The notes beneath the pieces are model-generated. The model saw only the letters and a list, made by a program, of their open reading frames with translations. It did not search any database and was not told the DNA's origin. DNA of 64,000 bases from a virus. The position numbers were made by a program, and so were the translations under genes. The stretch is from positions 1 through 64,000 of the IMG/VR virus record IMGVR_UViG_3300012984_000001; one strand, written 5' to 3'. The stretch's first letter is position 1. Every line of letters starts with the position of its first letter. Shown here piece after piece: positions 7,301 through 17,755 of the stretch.

Positions 7301-8385
7301 AAACTAATCTGCAAGTTTTTCAAGAAGACAAAGATTCTTTCGTGTTTTACGAAAAAGATATGCTTTACAATGCCGATGGAACATCAAATCTGTCTAAAAT
7401 AGACAAAGTTTTAGGTTCTCAAGACCTGTATTTGGGAGAATATGGTATAAGTTATCATCCCGAAAGTTTTGATATATATTCTGGAACCATATATCATACC
7501 GATACAAAAAGAGGTGTTGTTTTGAAGAAAACAAATAATGGATTATTCGAAATATCTAGCCAAAAAATGAATAATTATTGGAAGAAAATGTTCCGAAACA
7601 ATACTATCAATCAGATATTGGGTAAATACGACCAATACCACGATGTATATGTTTTGAATGTAAAATATAATTCCGATCAATACGTTACATGGATTTATTC
7701 AGATTCTGATGATGGGTGGCTTGGAAGGATTACTTTCAACCCAGAAGATATGTGTCGTGTAAATAACAAATTTTTCTCTTTCCATGAGGGGGAAATTTAT
7801 GAGCATAACCAATCTACAAATAGAAATACTTTTTACGGCATAGAATATCCTAGCAAATTCACTATAAATTTTTCTCAAAATCCTAGCGAGAGAAAAATAT
7901 ATAAAAACATTGAATTTGAAGGAACTGATGCTTGGGAAGTAGAATTATTGACTGATTTGGAAACTGGATTTATAAAACAAGATGATTTTGTGAAACAAGA
8001 AGGTGTTTTTAGGGGATATACTCGAACATCAAATACGGTAATTGATAATTCAAGTTTGTCCGTTCAAGGTATAGGAAACTGTACAATAACAGGCCTTGTT
8101 CTTAATTTTTCATTCAAACTAGAAGGAGAAATTTCTATTGGAGACAAAATAGTCAACTTGAACAATCAACTTGTTGGAACAATTCAAAACAAAACAGAAA
8201 ATTCCTTAACTTTGAACTCAATAGCAAATATTGTTTCTGGTGATTATGTGATGTGTGCTAAATCGAAAAGTTCCGAAGGAAATGGATTACTAGGTTATCA
8301 CATGCAAGTTTCTGGAACATTGACAAAAAACACCAAAACTGAATTGTACGCAGTAAACACAGAAGTAATTAAAAGTTACGTATAA
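4366..8385 (+). CDS. Tail stabilisation/muzzle protein
   Basis: 1339 aa, beta-rich; N-terminal F.KG.VNKD.DER and FAYRYKY motifs typical of this family. Confidence 0.7.
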   Translation: MGTLKFQNFFSKGTVNKDSDERFVSPDELIDAENFFVTTVDSSDMGVGKNALGNAKKSNYNIVGGKNYGTGVDSTNNFIYNIVKGTLYDYIIEYNTETGLSEIVLQSTTGTRLNLKEGERVINVDVIFSDKPYNPVTKEGGNLLRFDGDSNPPRIININRSKTFGIDGFTADEIMLIKAPPLYPPTVVQKNTLTAYQNFMTDKFISFAYRYKYKDGYYSAISSGQEYTFTPGRFELDFASFENKGMLNIFNACDISFNTGPREVVAIDLLFRESNNTVFYLIDQYFKTEESWADNTVQSIQFDNSKVYTPLPEDQFYRVCDYIPDNCVASTVASNRAFIANFRQGHDLIDKNGDNVVMDYTVDLISNDFNSTDAVVTQINSTSPFDGSTIVKGRVRFNFTDAILTKGSVIFLTFNINSSFIADGTPYTDVFQNTYNFILEEDYSNIEDLILDTANGFKTNLEGYFSEYLKTTSLQIPADTIIPFTFNGFLLSVVNANTFDVTLPTVRYEIDKSPDPNVFANEYFKDVSTVGSSNTIASKKSMKSYRSYEVCMVYLDDKNRPTTALTSATNTVFVPIQNSIKQNIINVHIPTTQKPPVGFNTYRFGIKENRTPYEEIYASVFYKDGIYRWVRLDGGNKNKASEGDMLLVKKDISTSMSTVVQTKVLELRFQEEDFLTNNKDENGNLIVESAGTYMKIKPENFTIDYSDGEFIYLEDNSAVKNDRPISVLGGDAFSKPTATSGVFTDVPILQGSELVINLHSDYHRESQQNDYNKSFIVNDNYDNFEDYYNAELAGIAFIGTSGQEFNKSIIRDPAGTGQIFLRIEGTAAGNGTTRRGFLDANLTLRSVSGFFVFETLGKEVNNNLFYLTPDVFTIVDGEHQFVDHVLAKTFNCYAQGNGVESHQIRDAFNEKYVSIDFTPTAVNKDGYRLENRYADITYSGIFNSSTNINRLNEFNLYTANFKDDIDKSYGPIYKIKGIETNLQVFQEDKDSFVFYEKDMLYNADGTSNLSKIDKVLGSQDLYLGEYGISYHPESFDIYSGTIYHTDTKRGVVLKKTNNGLFEISSQKMNNYWKKMFRNNTINQILGKYDQYHDVYVLNVKYNSDQYVTWIYSDSDDGWLGRITFNPEDMCRVNNKFFSFHEGEIYEHNQSTNRNTFYGIEYPSKFTINFSQNPSERKIYKNIEFEGTDAWEVELLTDLETGFIKQDDFVKQEGVFRGYTRTSNTVIDNSSLSVQGIGNCTITGLVLNFSFKLEGEISIGDKIVNLNNQLVGTIQNKTENSLTLNSIANIVSGDYVMCAKSKSSEGNGLLGYHMQVSGTLTKNTKTELYAVNTEVIKSYV

Positions 8386-8849
8386 TGAACAAAGAAATTT
8401 CAGATAAAGTTTTAGGAAATTCAATAGATGAACTGGAAGCGGTAATGCTGAACAACTTTCCTGTTATTGATTGTCCGGTGACTAACCGATTTACTGACGG
8501 AATGTATGTGAGAGAGATTTTTATGCCCGCTGGCGCATTAATCACTTCAAAAATTCATAAAACACAACACCAATACTTCATTCTTCAAGGAAAAGCAATA
8601 GTTTGGATAGATGGAGTAGAACAAGTTTTAGAAGCTCCGTACATTGGAGTTACAGAACCTGGAACCAGAAGAGTTCTTTATATCGTTTCTGATTGCATCT
8701 GGGCTACATCACACCCTAATCCAGACAACGAAACTTTAGAACAAATCGAAGAAAGAATTATTGAAAAGAATGATAACCCATATTTAACAGAAGATATGAA
8801 AAAGATGATTTATAAACTTCAAAATACTGATAATCAATGTCTTGGGTAG
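8385..8849 (+). CDS. Cupin-fold protein
   Basis: GMYVREIFMPAG..SKIHKTQH..G beta-barrel pattern. Confidence 0.6.
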   Translation: MNKEISDKVLGNSIDELEAVMLNNFPVIDCPVTNRFTDGMYVREIFMPAGALITSKIHKTQHQYFILQGKAIVWIDGVEQVLEAPYIGVTEPGTRRVLYIVSDCIWATSHPNPDNETLEQIEERIIEKNDNPYLTEDMKKMIYKLQNTDNQCLG

Positions 8850-9433
8850 CTGTTGGGGTTGGAGCAGCCACAGCGATAGCTGGGGGTATTCAAGCAGGAA
8901 AAGCTAAAAAGGAGAAAAAGAGAATTGCCCAAGAAGCAGCGAACATGAAAGAGGTTCCTCTGGAAAATATCGCTAATCAATTGAAGGTTTCTACTTTGGG
9001 TGCTAAAAACAGACAGGAAGGACAATCTGTATTGGAAGCCACACAAGTTGCTGCGCTTCAAAATGCAGGAACAAGAGGTATTATTGGTGGTTTAGGAAAT
9101 GTTACAGCAGGAAGTCAAGCTGTAAACAGGGATATTGCTGCGGATTTAGACCAACAACAGAAAAATATAGAAATGTTGAAAGCGGAAGACGCTTCAAGAA
9201 TTCGACAAACCAAAGAAGAAAGGCAAAGAGCAAAACTAGCTGCGCTTTCTAGTCAATACAATGCCGCTGCAGATGCACAAGCACAAGGAACTGCTAATGT
9301 TATTAGCGGATTAGGAACTGCTGCGAGTTCTGGATTAGCGGCTAAAGGCACAAGCACAAGTAAAGTGCCTAAATTTACTGGAGCTGGTTCATCTGTTCCT
9401 AGCACAATAGGATGGAAATCTAAATATTATTAA
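8837..9433 (+). CDS. Internal virion/ejection protein
   Basis: Hydrophobic Gly/Ala N-terminus, Gln/Ala-rich coiled coil; position after tail genes. Confidence 0.6.
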   Translation: MSWVAVGVGAATAIAGGIQAGKAKKEKKRIAQEAANMKEVPLENIANQLKVSTLGAKNRQEGQSVLEATQVAALQNAGTRGIIGGLGNVTAGSQAVNRDIAADLDQQQKNIEMLKAEDASRIRQTKEERQRAKLAALSSQYNAAADAQAQGTANVISGLGTAASSGLAAKGTSTSKVPKFTGAGSSVPSTIGWKSKYY

Positions 9434-9435
9434 TT

Positions 9436-11052
9436 ATGGCAGGACCAATTGGAGGCTCGGCAGGGTATTTAACTTTAGACCCGACTAAAAATTATGTTGG
9501 ACAAGCACTTAGTGATGTAAATGATACAGTCACTAGATTTCGTGCGGAAAAACTTCAAAGGGAAAGACAAAAAATAGAAGACGATCGTTACGAGCAAGAA
9601 CAAAGAAGACGTGATTTTAACGATGCACAAGATTTCAACGAAAAATATAAATATATAAGTACCGGAACTGGATTGGATTCTTCAAATAGACAATCGGTAG
9701 AAAACGCCAAGAATGCGTATATTGAAGCTCAGGAACAATATCAAAGAACCGGAGATAAAAAATATTTGGCTATTGCGGGAAATGCCATGAATAGTATCGG
9801 TAATATCAATGAGATGCCCAAAGCTTTAAACTTACTTACTGATAGTTGGATTAAAAATGAAGATAGTTACAATCCTACAAGTTTAGCGTCAAAAAAGAAA
9901 ATATTAGAAAAAATGGTTAATGGAAACATCATGCAAAGTAATGATGCAAATGGAAATGCCAGATATACTCTTATTGATAAGGACGATGATGGAAACGTAA
10001 CTAAAGTTTTGTACAAAGACTTAAACCGAAAACAATTAATGGATTTATTAACTCCAGTTGATAAATTTAATGTTTCTGGTGAAAAAGGACTAATCGACCA
10101 ATACCAAAAAAGTGTTGGAAAAGAGCGAGAAGTTAAAAGCATTGTTGGAAATAAAGAAGTTACCACAAAATATACTCCAGGAGCAGATGAACTAGCAAAA
10201 TTAATGGCAAAAGAAAGATTGTCAGACAATTCAGCTATGTACTATGGTCTTGAACAATTAGGACTTGACCCAGAAAATCCATCTAATTATTCTGACCCTG
10301 CTATTCAGCAACAAGTGTCTGACTATCTTGAAGGAGTTATGAAAAGTACTACTCCATCTACAAAATCAGAAGAAGCAGACTACAAAAAAGCAAATTATGA
10401 ATTAGCTCTTCAAAAGGAAAGAAATGATGAAGCACAAAGAAGAATAGATAATGCCAGAAAAGCGCGCGAAGAGAAACGAAAAGAACTTGAAGAAAAAGCT
10501 AAACAAGCTAAAATAGGTAGTCCAAAAACTGTTTCTAGTGATGGATATACCGAAAATGGTGTAAAAGTATCAAAAGGAGACAAGCCTATTCCTGTTTCGG
10601 ACAAAGGAACTAAAGATGAAACTGGATTCAAAAACGCTTTAAAAGAAGTTGTTGTGCATAAAGATGGTTCATTGACTTATTCTTTCGAGCAAGACAATCC
10701 AGAAGACTGGGTATTGACTGCAGAAGGAAAGGCTAAAGTAGCCAAAGACCCTAATTATAAACCAACAACAAATGATTATATTCCTCAAAAACCACGCAAG
10801 GCTAATTACAAGACAAGTGGTAAAAATGCGAAAGCGAATGAAGTTGAAGCTGGAATACTTACGATAATCAATCCAGAAACAGGAACGTTTTTCGAAAGCA
10901 CAGTAGAATCGGATGATTTCTTTAGAAGAAAAGCTGGAGTTCAAAAAACTACGACAAATGCTGTTAAACCAATACAAAAATCAAGACCAAAACAAGTCGT
11001 TCAAAATGGTATAACATATACGTGGAACGAAAAAACTCAGTCATACGAATAA
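9436..11052 (+). CDS. Internal virion/ejection protein
   Basis: 538 aa, helical and charged; synteny. Confidence 0.55.
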   Translation: MAGPIGGSAGYLTLDPTKNYVGQALSDVNDTVTRFRAEKLQRERQKIEDDRYEQEQRRRDFNDAQDFNEKYKYISTGTGLDSSNRQSVENAKNAYIEAQEQYQRTGDKKYLAIAGNAMNSIGNINEMPKALNLLTDSWIKNEDSYNPTSLASKKKILEKMVNGNIMQSNDANGNARYTLIDKDDDGNVTKVLYKDLNRKQLMDLLTPVDKFNVSGEKGLIDQYQKSVGKEREVKSIVGNKEVTTKYTPGADELAKLMAKERLSDNSAMYYGLEQLGLDPENPSNYSDPAIQQQVSDYLEGVMKSTTPSTKSEEADYKKANYELALQKERNDEAQRRIDNARKAREEKRKELEEKAKQAKIGSPKTVSSDGYTENGVKVSKGDKPIPVSDKGTKDETGFKNALKEVVVHKDGSLTYSFEQDNPEDWVLTAEGKAKVAKDPNYKPTTNDYIPQKPRKANYKTSGKNAKANEVEAGILTIINPETGTFFESTVESDDFFRRKAGVQKTTTNAVKPIQKSRPKQVVQNGITYTWNEKTQSYE

Positions 11053-11054
11053 TT

Positions 11055-14000
11055 ATGGAACAACCTAAAAAACCTAAATTCGACCCAAACAAAGCTTATG
11101 ATGTAGTGCCGGAAGAAAAACCAGCATTCAATCCTAATTTGCCTTACGATGAAGTAAAAAAAAAAGACTCTTCTACATATTCTTCTCAAAAGAAAGAGTC
11201 GGATTTGGTACAGAAAACTGGTTCTTTGGATGGACAAAATATTAGTGGTTTCCCAGAAATTAAAAGTTTTAATCCTTTAGATAAGTTTTTGCCGAAAATA
11301 ACTAATGATGGCAGAAATAAAAAAAGAAAAGAACAGCTTCAAAAGGAATTATCTATAATAAAAGTTACTCCCGAAAACATGGATATTGTCTCGTCTAAAA
11401 CAGACGAGCTTTCGGCATTACAAAAAGAAGAAGAAGCTGTTAAAAAAGCCGAAACAAATCGTAGAGTAAATACACTAGAAAATTCTTTCTATAAAGCCAC
11501 AAAAGACGATAATGATGAATTAGTTGCTGAACAAAGGCTTGATGATGCTGTGAATGTAAAAGGATTTTGGAACAACGTTAAGAATATATCTAAAAAAGCA
11601 TATAATTCAGCCTTACAGAGTGTTGCTGTTTCAAATCCAGGCGCACTCGGACTTATAAAATATTCAGCAGATACCGACCCGTTAGCTAGTGAAAAAAAGC
11701 AAGTTTTATCGGAAGCAAAACAATCAAATGAAAAATTAACTGATTCTGAAATAACAGATAGAGCTAAATCTTTATTCAAAGAAAAAGAAAAGTACAATTT
11801 GTTTGTTGATAGAGCCAATTCTTTTCTAGATAATTTAGACCCAAAAGATAAAGAAGTTTTAAGACAAGATAGGGCTTTAAAATCCGAACATCTACAGGAA
11901 GATAATTTAAAACGACTAAAAGTATCTTCTGCTATAAAATCAGTTGCGGAAAATAAAATTTCTCAATATAAAAATTTAAATTCTCAAATTGAGCAATTAA
12001 ATAGCCAAAACAAAGCTATTCCAGAAGGATTGATTCAAGAACATCAATCATTGAAAAATCAGATTATAGGATTGGGAAATGACCTTAAGAAAAATGAAGA
12101 CTATATCCAAAAGAATAGACAAGATTTAGGAACTGCCCAACAAGAACTTGATTTATTTAAACGTGAATATGGAGATGCTGAAAATATATTAGGAAATATT
12201 GGAGCAAGTGCAGGTGAATTAGGCTCAGGACTTCTTGGGTTTTTAGGATATACTGCGACTATGAGTGGAAATCCTATGAATATTGCACTTGGATTAGAAA
12301 CTTCTAAATTATCCTCGGATATTTCTAAAGGCATTGCTGAAAATAGAGAGTTTTTAAGAAAACCCGTTGAAAGTATTGAGAGTCCGGAAGGATTTGTCAA
12401 CTATGCTTCTGACTTGGTTGCTAATCAGTTGCCTATATTGGCAGTTACAGCGACTGGAGCAGGTGGATTAGCTACCATAGGCGCATCTTCTACTGGACAA
12501 AAATATACCGAAATGAATGATGAAGTGATGTCTGGAAAAGCCTCTTATTCTCCTTTTCAAATGGCTACTGCTCCGCTTTTATATGGTGGTGCGGAAGTCA
12601 TATCAGAATTACCTACCATGAATATTCTGAAAAAAGGTGGACGTGTATTTGAATCAATTGTAAAAGGAGAATCTGATTTAATAAAAAAGTCAGCATTTGA
12701 AAATGCAAAAGAGTGGGCTAAAGATTACGGTATAGATATGTCAAAAGAAATGGCGGGAGAACAATTTACAAATTTCGCTCAGAATTTCAATGACAAATAT
12801 ATTTTAGGCAAAGACGATGTAAATTTGCTTGACAACACAGGACAGGTATTCAAAGATACTTTTACTCTTACATCTATTTTAAAAGCTTCTCCTCACGTTT
12901 TTGGTGCAATTGTAAAGCCTTTTCAAACAAATACAAGTTTGAATACTTTAGATGAAAATTCTAAGAAAATAATGGAGTTTTCCGCACAATTAGAGAACGA
13001 AAATTTGACTGATACTGAGCGTCAAGTAATCCAAAAACAAATTGATAAAGCCACTATTCAAAATTCTAAAATAATGGCTAATACTATTTCGGATGTTGAC
13101 AGCATGAATCCAGAATTATACGATGAAGTAGTCAAATTAAATGGAGAAATCGGAAAAATAAAATTCCAAGCAAAAGATATTAAAGACGGGAATTTAGAAA
13201 ACAAGCAAGAACTTCTTAATGAATTAAAAGGGGAATATTCTGCATTACAGAATAAGCGTACTGACATTATTGAAGGAAAAACTACGGTTGTTGACATATT
13301 GCCATTGCCGGAGCAAGAAAAATTAAAAAGACAAGCCTTAAATGAACTTACAAAAGAATTAAACCCTACAGGAGAAAAAGACTTGACTATCGATAACGAG
13401 CAAATAACTGAGCGTGCAAATGAAATTTACAATAAATCAAAATCTGAAAAAATAAATGAAGTTGCTCCTGAGGTTACTACAGAAGAAGTCGAGTCAAAAA
13501 CCGAAATACAAAAACCAACAAATGAAACACAAGAGGTCAAAGAGGTAGTTATTCCAAATCAAAAAACTCCAAAAGGCGTATTAGAAAATAATAAATATAC
13601 ATTGAATAATGGGGAACAATATAATATAAAAATATATGATGGAATAAATGGGGAAGTAAAATCGTTTGATGATCGAAAAGATAAAGACAGACTGTCTCTT
13701 GTTGTTGCAAATGAAAAAGGTGAAAACATTGCTCACATAGCATTCTGGAAAGATATAGATGGAAAATTTTATTCTAACAACACTAATGTAAATGAAGGTT
13801 ATAGAAGAAAAGGAATTGCTACTGCAGTTTATAATTATGCGGAATCTTTAGGCATAGATATTAAGCCGTCTCAGACCCAAACAAAAATGGGGGAATCATT
13901 TTATAAAACTAGAGAAAAGAGAAAAGAAGATGCAGACTATAGTCCAGAGGATATAATAAAAGAGGAAACTTTTGATTATAAAACAGGAGAATCTGCGGTT

Positions 14001-17000
14001 ACGCTTGAAAAAAATCAAAAAAAAGTTATAGATGAAATAGACAAAGTTGTTGATTTATCTAAGCAAGAGCAGAATAAAACCATAGAAAAAATAGATGAAT
14101 CAGCACAGGAAGAAGATATTAAGGATAATGGAGGAGTTTCAGCTGGAGTTAAGCCAGTGGATGAAGTACGAGTTACCGAGCAAGAAGATACTTCAAAAGA
14201 AAGTGTTCCAAAACCCGTTGAACCTAAACCAAGTGAAGCAAAAGTTGAAGTAGAAGAAAAAACTCTTGAGAAAAAGAAAACTTTCGTAAGAGAACCCAGA
14301 AAAAGAACTCTTCTTGCTAGGATTAAAGAAGGTGGAAATGAGAAAGATATTACAGAAAGTTTAAATAGTCTAAATGATAGATACAATGTAAGAAATCAAG
14401 AAAAATCCGCACAACAAGCAGTATCTTTTGTAGATGAAGTCGGAACTGTAGAAGCCATTAATGCTTTGAGAACTCCTGATGCTATAAAAGAGACAGATAC
14501 TAGAATGCTTGTGTATAATGAAGTTTTGGATAAATTGACTAGAGATATTGATGAAGCTTCTGAAAAAAATCCAGAAGATAGAAATGAATTGATTTCAATG
14601 TTTCAAGAATTATCTAATGAATTTGATAATGAAATCAGGAGGTCAGCACAAGGACTTTCAGTGATGAATTACATTTACAATAAAAATCAATCGTTAAAAT
14701 ATAATCTATCTAAATTAATTCGTGATTACAAAGCAAATGATGCCAATGGAGAAATTCCTGCAGAAGTAAAAGCAGAATTTGAAAGATTGACAAAAGAACT
14801 TAAAGAAGTTGAATCAAAAATAAAGGATGCTGAAAAAAGAGCTATAAAAGCCGAAGAGGAATTGGCTATAAAAAATATCCAAGAAGACATTAATCGTAAA
14901 AAAGAACTAGCTTCAAGAAATAAATCAGGTCTTACAGAAACTGAACAGAAACGTAAAAAGGAACTTAAAAATAAATTCTTCGGCAGGCTTAACGATGTAA
15001 CAAGTATTGCTACAATGTTAGCCGACGGTGAATTCAGAGAATATTTAGGATTGACTTTTAAAGCGGCTAAAGGCGATTTAGCTAATTTCTCCAAACAAAT
15101 TTTAAAAGAAATTGGTGATGGAGCAAAGAAACACATGCCTAAATTATTTAGTGAGGCAGAATCTATTTACAATGATGTTTTACAAAAGTCTGAGGCTAAA
15201 AAATCTGGAGAAGTTTCTATTGGTTCCGATGGGAAAATAAAAATCCCTGCTCAATTATTTAGAAATTATGTTGAAGCCGGAGAAACTGATATTGATGTTA
15301 TTTCAAAAAAAATAAAAGAAGATATTTCGGAAGATTATCCAGATGTTGATGTTCGCGAAATTCGTGATGCATTGACAGGTTATGGCAAGCAAGTAAATCC
15401 AAATAAAGATGAAATTACAGGCAAAATGAATCGTCTAAAGGAATACGGAAGATTATTGTCTGCTTATCAAGATGTTTTAAGTAGAGAAATGCCTAAAAAA
15501 TCTGGAATAATTCGTCAAAAAACTGAACAAAAGTCAAGAGAACTTCGAAGAGAAGTAAATAGGCTTGCAAAAGAATTAGGCCTTGAAACCATAAATCTAG
15601 AAGAACAATGGGCTACAGCAATAGATAAAATAAAATCTAATTTAAAAAATCAAATTGAGGACTTAGACAAACAAATTGAAAAAGGTGAAAAAAGAAAGGT
15701 TGAACGCACTCAAACCAAGCTTGATGCCGAAGCAGAAGCCTTAAAATCAGTTCGTGATGAAAAGAAAAAAATATTAGATGATTTAGTTGGGAAACCTGAA
15801 CTGACAGAGGAACAAAAAATAGCTAGAGCAGAAAATGCATTAGAGAAATCAATCGCAAAACTACAAGAAGAAATAGATACTCAAAATATTGCATATCAAG
15901 AAAAACCAACTGCATTAAATTCAGCTAAACTTGAAAATTTAAGAGCGCAGAAAAAAGGACTTCTTGCTACAAAACAATTATTAAGAGAAGAAGCAGGATT
16001 GATTGAAGAAAAACGTCTTAAAACAGCTAAAACTAGGGTAAAAAAGCAAATTTCAGACCTAGAAGAAAGAATAACAAACAAGGATTTTGCTAAAAAAGAA
16101 GTAAAGCCAATTTTAGCCGATAGTGAATTGAATGAATTAAGAGCAGAACGCGAGGAACTTTACGAGCACTTTGAAAAACTTAAATACATTCAAGAACTAA
16201 AAGAAAGAAGTAAGGCGCGAAAGTTTTTAGATGCGTCTTTAGAGGCTTTAGGATTGCTTCGTGCATTAAAAGCATCTTTGGATTTAGGATTGATAGGTAT
16301 TCAGTTAAGAGGATTTACTTACTCTGAATTGTTTAGAAGCCGTAAAGAATTGGCTAAAAAGTTTTGGAAGCTTTTTGGTGCTATTGGTTCCCAAGCGAAA
16401 GCCGATAAAGCAATGAAGCAATTGGTAGGACATCCACTATTTCCATTAGCAAAAAAACTAGATATTGGGATTACCCAGCCGGACCTTAGACAAGAGGTTA
16501 GGGAAGAAATGGCTTCTGGAAATTTATTAAGAACAATATGGAATAGTCCTTTTATTTTGGCTAAAAAAGCCGGATTAGGAAATTTTGGAGATGCTAAAAA
16601 GAAATCTTTAGGAGATACCATAATTGATGAATACAAAAAACAATATAACAAGTTTGCTAAAAATAAATTTGATATTTCTGAAAAAGAAAAGTTTTCGAGA
16701 GCAGAACAATTTAAAAATGCAAATGTTTTTGAAGCTATAGAAAGAGGATTATCTGCTTATGGAAATCAATTAAGGTTTGAAGAATTTGTCCGAGGAGTTG
16801 AGAGGCTAAAAGCCGAAGGAAAAGATGAATTAAATCATCCAGAAGACTACAAAGCACTTGCAAGTTATATCAGAACTTTTTCTGGTCGTGCCAAACCAGC
16901 AGGATTTGAAATGAATCAGAAATTGCTGAACGTGTTTTTCTTCTCATTCAAGAATGCTGTTTCTGTATTTCAACAATTGAATCCAGTGTATTATGCTATG

Positions 17001-17717
17001 CAACACATGAGTTCTTCTGATTTTAAATCTGGTAAATATTTCAAACCATCCGTAGCTAATAAAATGGCTATGGCAACAATGCTTAAATCTCTAACATCTT
17101 CTTTAGCAACTATGATGTTTATTTTAGCCGCATATAATGCATTAAAAGACGATGATGATGAAGAAATGACTGTGGAAACTGACCCAACAAGTTCAGATTT
17201 CGGAAAAATCAGAAAAGGTGATATGAGATATGACCCGTGGGGAGGATACGTGCCATTGATTACTTTATATGCCAGATTATGGGAAGAAGAAGTAAAAAAA
17301 GCCGATGGAAGCAAGTATAAATTTGGAGAACAACCTTTTGGCATCCAAAGTAGAGGAGATGCAGCAACTAAATTTTTGGTAAACAAAGAATCTCCAGGAT
17401 TTCAAGCATTCCATCATTATATGACTTCTGTAGAAAAACCTAATCCAGAAACAGGCGAAATGGAAAGAGTGAACAAATTTGGAGAAAAATTATCCGAAGA
17501 CGAAGCATTCTCATTATATCCTATTTTCTTAGGTTCCGTTAGAGATGCTATAAAAGAAGACCCAGATGCCGTTAAATCAATATTAACTGCTTGGTCTGTA
17601 TTAGGATTAGGAAACGTTCAAAATTATAAATCCAGTGGTGGTTCTAAAAAAGAATCAGGAGGAAAAGGTTCTGGCCCGAAATTGCCTTCTCCACCAAAAC
17701 CTCCTACTCCAAACTAA
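11055..17717 (+). CDS. Giant internal virion (polyvalent) protein with embedded GNAT acetyltransferase-like domain
   Basis: ~2220 aa (ATG at 11055 preferred); coiled coils; VNEGYRRKGIA acetyl-CoA motif near 13788-13820. Confidence 0.65.
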   Translation: MEQPKKPKFDPNKAYDVVPEEKPAFNPNLPYDEVKKKDSSTYSSQKKESDLVQKTGSLDGQNISGFPEIKSFNPLDKFLPKITNDGRNKKRKEQLQKELSIIKVTPENMDIVSSKTDELSALQKEEEAVKKAETNRRVNTLENSFYKATKDDNDELVAEQRLDDAVNVKGFWNNVKNISKKAYNSALQSVAVSNPGALGLIKYSADTDPLASEKKQVLSEAKQSNEKLTDSEITDRAKSLFKEKEKYNLFVDRANSFLDNLDPKDKEVLRQDRALKSEHLQEDNLKRLKVSSAIKSVAENKISQYKNLNSQIEQLNSQNKAIPEGLIQEHQSLKNQIIGLGNDLKKNEDYIQKNRQDLGTAQQELDLFKREYGDAENILGNIGASAGELGSGLLGFLGYTATMSGNPMNIALGLETSKLSSDISKGIAENREFLRKPVESIESPEGFVNYASDLVANQLPILAVTATGAGGLATIGASSTGQKYTEMNDEVMSGKASYSPFQMATAPLLYGGAEVISELPTMNILKKGGRVFESIVKGESDLIKKSAFENAKEWAKDYGIDMSKEMAGEQFTNFAQNFNDKYILGKDDVNLLDNTGQVFKDTFTLTSILKASPHVFGAIVKPFQTNTSLNTLDENSKKIMEFSAQLENENLTDTERQVIQKQIDKATIQNSKIMANTISDVDSMNPELYDEVVKLNGEIGKIKFQAKDIKDGNLENKQELLNELKGEYSALQNKRTDIIEGKTTVVDILPLPEQEKLKRQALNELTKELNPTGEKDLTIDNEQITERANEIYNKSKSEKINEVAPEVTTEEVESKTEIQKPTNETQEVKEVVIPNQKTPKGVLENNKYTLNNGEQYNIKIYDGINGEVKSFDDRKDKDRLSLVVANEKGENIAHIAFWKDIDGKFYSNNTNVNEGYRRKGIATAVYNYAESLGIDIKPSQTQTKMGESFYKTREKRKEDADYSPEDIIKEETFDYKTGESAVTLEKNQKKVIDEIDKVVDLSKQEQNKTIEKIDESAQEEDIKDNGGVSAGVKPVDEVRVTEQEDTSKESVPKPVEPKPSEAKVEVEEKTLEKKKTFVREPRKRTLLARIKEGGNEKDITESLNSLNDRYNVRNQEKSAQQAVSFVDEVGTVEAINALRTPDAIKETDTRMLVYNEVLDKLTRDIDEASEKNPEDRNELISMFQELSNEFDNEIRRSAQGLSVMNYIYNKNQSLKYNLSKLIRDYKANDANGEIPAEVKAEFERLTKELKEVESKIKDAEKRAIKAEEELAIKNIQEDINRKKELASRNKSGLTETEQKRKKELKNKFFGRLNDVTSIATMLADGEFREYLGLTFKAAKGDLANFSKQILKEIGDGAKKHMPKLFSEAESIYNDVLQKSEAKKSGEVSIGSDGKIKIPAQLFRNYVEAGETDIDVISKKIKEDISEDYPDVDVREIRDALTGYGKQVNPNKDEITGKMNRLKEYGRLLSAYQDVLSREMPKKSGIIRQKTEQKSRELRREVNRLAKELGLETINLEEQWATAIDKIKSNLKNQIEDLDKQIEKGEKRKVERTQTKLDAEAEALKSVRDEKKKILDDLVGKPELTEEQKIARAENALEKSIAKLQEEIDTQNIAYQEKPTALNSAKLENLRAQKKGLLATKQLLREEAGLIEEKRLKTAKTRVKKQISDLEERITNKDFAKKEVKPILADSELNELRAEREELYEHFEKLKYIQELKERSKARKFLDASLEALGLLRALKASLDLGLIGIQLRGFTYSELFRSRKELAKKFWKLFGAIGSQAKADKAMKQLVGHPLFPLAKKLDIGITQPDLRQEVREEMASGNLLRTIWNSPFILAKKAGLGNFGDAKKKSLGDTIIDEYKKQYNKFAKNKFDISEKEKFSRAEQFKNANVFEAIERGLSAYGNQLRFEEFVRGVERLKAEGKDELNHPEDYKALASYIRTFSGRAKPAGFEMNQKLLNVFFFSFKNAVSVFQQLNPVYYAMQHMSSSDFKSGKYFKPSVANKMAMATMLKSLTSSLATMMFILAAYNALKDDDDEEMTVETDPTSSDFGKIRKGDMRYDPWGGYVPLITLYARLWEEEVKKADGSKYKFGEQPFGIQSRGDAATKFLVNKESPGFQAFHHYMTSVEKPNPETGEMERVNKFGEKLSEDEAFSLYPIFLGSVRDAIKEDPDAVKSILTAWSVLGLGNVQNYKSSGGSKKESGGKGSGPKLPSPPKPPTPN

Positions 17718-17722
17718 ATTAT

Positions 17723-17755
17723 AATAACACCCTAGTAAAATACTAGGGTGTTATT
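17723..17755. terminator. Hairpin between convergent operons
   Basis: Perfect 15-bp inverted repeat AATAACACCCTAGTA/TACTAGGGTGTTATT. Confidence 0.75.

Noticed and set aside
4632-17386. Many antisense ORFs within structural genes
   Set aside because: Shadow frames of long genes, with no motifs or start context
11055-17717. Virion RNA polymerase
   Set aside because: No DxDxD/DFDGD catalytic motif in a plausible context
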